Shown here: positions 56,101 to 59,542 of the stretch, in pieces
Layout of the letters: every line of letters starts with the position of its first letter
How positions within the stretch are numbered: position 1 is the first letter of the stretch
Assembly (NCBI GenBank): GCA_030017475.1
Contig: JASEIO010000003.1
Location: 1-59,542, forward strand
Direction: 5' to 3'
DNA from: a bacterium
GTDB lineage: Bacteria; UBA9089; JASEIO01
DNA: 59,542 nucleotides
Made by a program: the position numbers and the translations under genes
The notes under the pieces: generated by a model
What the model saw: only the letters and a program-made list of their open reading frames with translations
What the model was told of the DNA's origin: nothing
Databases searched by the model: none

Positions 56101-58281
56101 GAGGGGAAGGTCATTCTCCACCTGAAGTTCCTTGACCTTGTGGATGAAGAGAAGGAGGTCTGGCTTGGAGTGGGCCAGACAGAAGAGGTGGAGTTCTCTT
56201 TTGAGGTGCCGGATGATTTGGAGGATAAGGACCACATAGCAGTACTCAGTAGTCAGTGGTCAGTAGTCAGTGGGATAAAAGAGATAGAAGAAGAGATACA
56301 GGTGCATATAAATGGAATAAAGATTGGGGTGGAGGCAGAGCTGGATAAGCCATTCTATCAAGAGGGGGATACGGCCGTCCTGACCCTCAAGGTCACAAAT
56401 CTCACCTCCTTATCCCTGGCGATGTACACCAAGATCAATTTCAATGATTATCAGGAGCGTCAGGACTTTGAGCTTGGACCCATGGATGGTTCACAATCCA
56501 CAGTAGAGCTACAATTCAACATCCCGATCCAGTTCACAGGCCAGAAGATCGGGTATGGGGTCTACATGTCCTCTGGAAGGAGTATCTATCTTAACTCGAT
56601 GTATGTCAGAAAGAAAGGGGAGATAATAACACTCTGGACAGATAAGGAAGTCTATGGGGCCGGGGAAGAGGTAATCATCAATTATCAATTATCAATGAGC
56701 AATGAAGAATTGGCCACTGGCAATTATCAATTGTCAATCGATGGAGAGGAAGTAGTTGAGCCGTTTACCATACCTTTAACCGAGAATGAGGGGACAACCA
56801 GTTTCATCTTGCCTAAGGAGCTAAACAGCGGAACCTATATCATAAACTATGAGCTAACAGAAGGTTCTCAACAGCTTGAAAAGGGAGAGTACCGATTTGA
56901 TGTTATTGGTTATGAGGTGATAATCATAAAGGCGACTCTGGATAAACAGGTCTACAACTCTGGGGATGAACTGAATCTTGATCTTACCATCAAATCGAAT
57001 AGTGACCTGGATATCCTGGTCAGGGCCTGGATCTACAACCCGGAGGGTGGGTATGAGGACTTCTTCAACAAGGGAGCTATTCTTTCCTGTGGCAGGACAA
57101 GACACAGAATCAACGGCGAGATTACCGATACCATGCCAGGTGTTCATTTGCTGGTCTATGCGATCTATTCAGGTAATAATGAATGGTTGCTCCTTGCCGC
57201 AGGGAGCGAGAGCTTTGATCTGAACACCCCGGATACTATCAACACCGATTTTTCTGCCACCCCAGACTCGGGCGAGGTGGATGATAAATTCCCAAGGGCG
57301 ACCATCGTCCGACCCAATCCAGGAGATAGAGTTTCAGGAGATGCAGTCCTTATAAAAGTGGTAAGTGAAGATAAAGATATTGTGAACATAAACTTTCAGT
57401 ATAGATTGAGTAATCAAGGTGCATGGACAGATATTGTTAGCAGCATAGATACAGGATCGATATACTCTGTAACCTGGGATACTACTTGGCTGACAGAAGG
57501 TAGCTATGATTTAAGGGCAGTCGCAGAAGATGCTATGGGCAATGTGGATACAGATCCTCCATATATTACTGTTATTGTCGATCATCCAAATGCTGATTAT
57601 TCTGAATATGGAGTGAAAATGGCCAAAGATAATGTAATTGAAAATGGTGATGGGATCAGGGTCAAGATACCGGCTGGGGTTCTAACCAAAGATACTATCA
57701 TAAAAATCTCAAAACCAGATCCGGCTGATATTCCACCAAACAAGGATAAACCCACCGGGTTGTTTCTTGAGATTACCCTTGAGAGTGGCCAGGAACACCT
57801 AAATGGGTACATCTTCATTTCAATGCCATATCTGGACAACGATAATAATGGCCTGGTCGATGGCACAGACATCTTAGAGGAGAATCTAAAGGTTAATATC
57901 TACAGAGACACAGGCTGGAAAAGGCTGCCAACAACTATAGATGCTATAGATAATATCGCTACCGGCAAAACAGACCACCTCGGTAGCTTCGGATTATTTG
58001 GATCTCTCACCTCTGATCTTGATAATGTGCTGGTCTTTCCCAATCCATTCAGGCCTGGAAAGGGTGAAACCATCAGGTTCTTGAATCTGACCGAGAATGT
58101 GATCATAAGAATCTATAATGTGGCTGGCGAACTCATCAGGTACAAAGAGGATATAACAGACCATTGGAAATGGGATGGAAGAAACGACCATGGCCAACCA
58201 GTGGCAACCGGCGGCTATATCTATATCATCACCGATGATAATGGAAGAAAGAAGATAGGAAAGATTGCGGTTGTTTGGTAA
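47197..58281 (+). CDS. Giant secreted protein (3694 aa): M23 peptidase, Ig-like domains, GATase-like domain, beta-propellers, FlgD/T9SS-type C-terminal domain
   Basis: Signal peptide; HxxxD (twice), YVH and HLH; D..PP.V...KDKAGN Ig; YVWF/DxLW blades; VFPNPF...IYNVAGELI...WDGRN...G.Y.Y CTD. Confidence 0.85.
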   Translation: MLRKTFNLFILSSLFILSPIIASGYQWPVDSFDKQHPINATLGEYRSKFHNGVDIGRFHRGVDIGEPEKTNVYPVVSGTVAKIVYRGKNSYVTVEDGNRKIDYVHINPNPSIRVNQSVTAGETVLGTINDLNHLHFQEDEGAVNPLRPGGLTPFTDKGEPKVKKVEVVKDSTPDAPDAGKPFPTDSNGIPIVSGNVDIKVWAYDPRVNADGTPGERGGMGIYRIGYEVRKESDGTLVEGPTYRIQFDTISSDYKVKYVYDPKSSYIPVNFIYLATNYPNSNGYWNTERLEDGRYKVKSLVEDIKGRSAEKGITVIIDLTPPKVKESTTGNNAQDVPLDSTIEITLEDPKKNDYSSGIDPKSLKPEECKIDPKIDGTWKIKGEGFIFIPNERLKEETTYKVTIPKEAAKDKAGNELESHIFTFKSGWFGAKALTTSYQKVYPRETVTHVIAISNHLGKNEDFELVVKNPSGMGWSWGFGSPGGGERIEVNAPYDPSNDKYKDDDATVCFMAKAPRVPCTSVFTAQIFIQIKDKPETEREVVYLGDITQGERINDHPDDNYEISDPQYPTNMYISSKADVAMLLRGYSDGMGHLLGRWKIPVSLILDDLTPIFREKRTLSDYPVLIIPTLGLSGISNSPTTKAKLEEYVKNGGTIICFTQQHGYDFEALPRGDELKGYGWSEDQSCWRGSVSISTPHPVFAGQDTQILDIVTDGYFDRWPDDSTILLRRTKNDMPAMLMYPYGKGIVIVSGFYEDWAYGNSQSTKDGRNLVRDLVTFAKDPDKHIPEYRGEEKINEQLTIRNDQLTIAERIKVRVYDPDKNELVSYNQELTTPLEAGESITIPFDYTAPQSLGIYEVTYILLDRDDEEIQEEEVGLRFGVSLGLVGVAKKDLSINITSDGDEVRVKGTPATFTITVRNNSDEIRKVTLNWHSHAGGGSIGTYTVLPKSSISIPYTTDRIYFYWQGPRWEFYIYCPEAGTRWIGLAGICVEPLVYVSLLTDKYEYQRGEDLELDVLVKNLMSNPQNVNLKINIVDLNWEDWKEERTLEVDLGSEESVREKLIFQVPEYLYGGIYKVKAEAYVDQVLLYEAMTTFKVTPLLLSLESKIKEAYAWGNDANLDFIIKNDGDIDREVTLSGFFSCYYQPFEKTLFIPAGGEVSYTHIIETVWCGSTLTASLYTEKGVKIEQIDKWFDVYKVVPRSTLSTNKKRYLRGEEVKITLDIQDSHKIDYPARVKVVMGNGLWVIGDEEVEIIDGKATKEFTYIIPKDAERGYYNIKAYVYYQEEMIGYGTTSFYVLKPKLAVKPSLPDVFTVKGSQLTVASGERVNPVDFEIENVGPIDVIDGKLEVSLECRVESLEEGEDGAGSRGQEEEGEEVWRDEREFGKLKAGYGEEQGEKTTLEFDIPIEEVRFGTYVLKYVLKYETEEIKGEEEIVSKVTIKEFKLDKTSYKVRDEMKIELEVINAGGFEERFKVGLTSASLKPIALEDQELILLPGESKILNYATTIIEDIEPGVHEVEVVISHQGSGSLGDGSSNQGSGSLGEDEIIKKFSFVVSASRLEAYLDKKYYSCGKGGSIKITNAGGVDTNYSYNLRLVDWNGLVFFEEAGSGSIKAGDGLLVMDGGKIGFMIPEQLVSGGYNLMLELKDEKKNEGIKRLFYINVNGLQARVTPKTEEKIYFYGDQVNASTLIEKLGLPINGASLKIRAYASGGEWTHYPDIRDVNAIVADGDYVLFGTAGYGVRRYNKKNDTWDLFDTSNSGLLDDNVLLIGVDTHYLWFVTSRGVSRCDKTMNNWENFTKEEIGLSFFDSIQSIAIDNDYVWFGGDYPGLIRYSKGNGEWMHWSLDEIGDKIGIEGLIINSMVVDDGILYMGTSEWCGSQDYLIKLETETETLSVIKEMSVLALSQDSDCLWIGWNNILTGYNKQTGEFKDYEIPYSPEYYWDGVSDGTISVASLCVDEYKVYLGSDKGGVYIFDKERKTWEELVSEIGSPQSVLAIAADEDYVWFAGRDTLTRFDRGYRFQGEKVSYGECISMIDAGDRLIILPYDTSRLIFYDKATGYTEEINIPLGTHSSESSMALDGDCVWIVGKHNDVILRYDMTNDHFDEWMLNWLVDDVFALDGDYVWFRLEGGKGIQAIRYDKINDDLRLYKDVPDYLDFKKRYYYDKELGDWVDSHLEINKVYPELSDLYKYIEKFIDEFEYLKNVAVCGDYVWFSGGSGLIRYDKAADSWRYFDLDIETGKIWANDGVIYIDCNGLYRYDPTTTELSKLLNLSSEVTFLLFDDKDLWLGTNGEGLWHYEGGSWTQFTEENTDGGLLSNRLFAGCLDGSYIWLDCGTITRYDKAAGEWKSYREDWFDSITSILADQVFLWIGGRGGLFKMKKVGEILFDETIQVNVGSDVTTNHLLGILDTLGKVYIDAVLTSSKGQLIDHGQNTFYIINTSTSLSFETDKPIYKPYETVTITGKIHNAAQIPTNPLKLKLRKKDKEVIYQEENIVLQPYETRQFTTTTTADKSFVLEGSIGDLKLTDFVEVAKPELEVTIDAQEVVSRDEFTPLIILKNTGKVELQIENCILKIAKAEDGEELTVYCLLSTVYCLRPGETKIFEQPLQIHEDVILSVEVSGDVRKTVAKQIGFGEKVTIGVTPEEIYPIGIIEVPFVITNGGSLDSKLEVVFVLEKTEKENGAGSREQEADGRGESVSGRSQKVERVIGGKMVYGPWLIVHGQKEGYNRERRMIREQLQGLCWIIPQIRISKQQEEGSRQREKEKEAQSVTTNQLTSTSYQLSSYKDSVELVKTFYIPAGEKIAGDLVFNLNEGDYKLLFTSELSSGATYFKVAKDGIVEINKLEVGSGKLEANKLPTDVMVKNLGGNNFVGVLRLDAGFYEEESQIELESAQEETYRFGIPLEASSGEYTARAEVLHDGWVIAEKEQRFKLEPWFEITGIWGKSGEAGGSGISFDVGEEGRFKFAVKNTGTAEGKVILHLKFLDLVDEEKEVWLGVGQTEEVEFSFEVPDDLEDKDHIAVLSSQWSVVSGIKEIEEEIQVHINGIKIGVEAELDKPFYQEGDTAVLTLKVTNLTSLSLAMYTKINFNDYQERQDFELGPMDGSQSTVELQFNIPIQFTGQKIGYGVYMSSGRSIYLNSMYVRKKGEIITLWTDKEVYGAGEEVIINYQLSMSNEELATGNYQLSIDGEEVVEPFTIPLTENEGTTSFILPKELNSGTYIINYELTEGSQQLEKGEYRFDVIGYEVIIIKATLDKQVYNSGDELNLDLTIKSNSDLDILVRAWIYNPEGGYEDFFNKGAILSCGRTRHRINGEITDTMPGVHLLVYAIYSGNNEWLLLAAGSESFDLNTPDTINTDFSATPDSGEVDDKFPRATIVRPNPGDRVSGDAVLIKVVSEDKDIVNINFQYRLSNQGAWTDIVSSIDTGSIYSVTWDTTWLTEGSYDLRAVAEDAMGNVDTDPPYITVIVDHPNADYSEYGVKMAKDNVIENGDGIRVKIPAGVLTKDTIIKISKPDPADIPPNKDKPTGLFLEITLESGQEHLNGYIFISMPYLDNDNNGLVDGTDILEENLKVNIYRDTGWKRLPTTIDAIDNIATGKTDHLGSFGLFGSLTSDLDNVLVFPNPFRPGKGETIRFLNLTENVIIRIYNVAGELIRYKEDITDHWKWDGRNDHGQPVATGGYIYIITDDNGRKKIGKIAVVW
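49571..56740 (+). repeat. At least 14 separate in-frame degenerate heptamer tracts within the giant gene
   Basis: Tracts start at 49571, 50896, 51119, 51232, 51274, 52028, 54872, 54931, 55225, 55315, 55499, 55708, 56240, 56678. Confidence 0.85.
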
Positions 58282-59228
58282 TGAATAAGTTAAAATATAT
58301 TAATCTGATAATCTTGTTTCTTTTAGTGTTTTCCTCGTCTTCTCAAGCAGGAGAAGAGCATGGGGGTACGTCCGCTGCCTCCTTTCTTAAGATTGGGATA
58401 GGGGCAAAGGCGACTGGTATGGGGCAGACTCATTGTGCAGTGGCAGACGATTCTACGGCCCTCTACTGGAACCCGGCTGGTCTTGTCTTGCTCAAGAGAA
58501 ATGAAATGAGCTACATGCACAATCTATGGTTTGGTGAGATAACACATGGATTCCTCGGTTATGCCCATCCCTTAAAGAACCTCAGTCTGGGTGTTGGCAT
58601 AGACTATCTGACCATAGGTGAGATAGAGGAGACGACCGAACTCGAACCAAGGGGAACAGGGAAAAAGTTCAGATTAGAGGAAGATGTAGCCTTCTTTGTC
58701 TCGGCCTCAAAAAGGATAAGAGAGAACCTGTCCCTGGGCATGAACCTAAAATACATCCTGCAAGAGGTTGCGGGTGAGAGGGCCATGGGTTGTGGGACCG
58801 ATCTGGGTCTATTCTACAAACTCCACCTCCTAAACCTTGGCCTTGTCATCCAGAATCTTGGCCCGGGCATGAGATTTACAGAGAAGGAGTTTGCCTTGCC
58901 CTTTAATATAAAGACGGGCCTTGCCTATAAAGGAATCAAAAATACCATCCTTGCCCTCGATGTAAATCTTCCACGAGACAACAGGGCAAGCTATCATCTT
59001 GGCGTGGAGTACCGGATTGGTGATCTTTTGGCCATGAGGGCAGGTTATAATTCCCGCATCACAGAGAATAAACTGGGCAGGTTCAATCTTGGAGAGGGCT
59101 TGAGTACGGGCTTTGGTATCAACTTTAAAGCGACCCAACTCGATGTGGCCTATATCCACTATGGAGATCTTGGCGATACCTACCAGGTATCCCTTCTGAC
59201 TAGGTTTGGAAAGGCAGAAGGCAGATGA
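58275..59228 (+). CDS. PorV/PorQ (UPF0164)-family outer-membrane beta-barrel
   Basis: FLKIGIGAKATGMG, ALYWNPAGL, amphipathic strands, LRAG-like MRAGY, LDVAY..YGDLG. Confidence 0.85.
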   Translation: MVMNKLKYINLIILFLLVFSSSSQAGEEHGGTSAASFLKIGIGAKATGMGQTHCAVADDSTALYWNPAGLVLLKRNEMSYMHNLWFGEITHGFLGYAHPLKNLSLGVGIDYLTIGEIEETTELEPRGTGKKFRLEEDVAFFVSASKRIRENLSLGMNLKYILQEVAGERAMGCGTDLGLFYKLHLLNLGLVIQNLGPGMRFTEKEFALPFNIKTGLAYKGIKNTILALDVNLPRDNRASYHLGVEYRIGDLLAMRAGYNSRITENKLGRFNLGEGLSTGFGINFKATQLDVAYIHYGDLGDTYQVSLLTRFGKAEGR

Positions 59229-59542
59229 CAAGGCACTGAGCATGAAGTGCGGAGCAGGTATCGCTTCCAGGCAAAGCTCCCAACCACCCATCACCCAAAA
59301 TCCTCACCTAACGCCTCTTTCTCTTCTTAATCACCATCTCTGCATTTGGTTATGCCAATTTTTCATTTCAGCCTGAGGTTTAAACCCAGCTTGCCCTTCA
59401 AAGATTCTCTACTGTCTGATCTCATCAATGCTTGATTTTTTTGAGAAGCACATCTGCTGCTTGTTCGCGGCAAAAAATGCAGGTTTTTAAAAAAATTTAA
59501 AAAATCATCTGGAGAGATTAAGACTACTGTATAGGAGAGATA

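Noticed and set aside
59300-59542. Gene fragment at the window end
   Set aside because: Only short interrupted frames; cannot be assigned

Overview
AT-rich bacterial chromosomal window, probably from an uncultured diderm lineage (inferred from a PorV-like barrel and a T9SS/FlgD-type C-terminal sorting domain). The housekeeping backbone comprises an ECF module, nfi, dxr-rseP-ispG-murI-queD-queC-DUF366-queE-rph-rdgB, 11 tRNAs, tilS-ftsH-ribBA-ribH-nusB, rsmD, a Get3/ArsA ATPase, a cysteine desulfurase, moaA and tatA. Three things stand out. (1) Degenerate 7-nt tandem repeats, mostly with a different unit at each site, occur in-frame in coding sequence (at least 14 tracts in a 3694-aa secreted protein, plus ispG, tilS and a paralog linker) and in intergenic DNA. 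(2) A cassette-like locus at 44.3-59.2 kb has two genes with near-identical 5' DNA and unrelated C-termini, each followed by a different M23 peptidase N-terminus: one is truncated, the other is on the giant protein upstream of a PorV-like gene. (3) A nitrilase-fold / STAND NTPase / 9xTPR protein with a Cys-to-Ser catalytic change is a candidate NLR-like defence or signalling protein. Also present are remnants of a radical-SAM / ABC exporter / S26 peptidase cluster, a frameshifted GH114-FN3 gene, an unannotated 31-aa Lys-rich ORF and a protein with six Ig-like repeats but no signal peptide. All family assignments come from motif recognition by eye; no searches were run.
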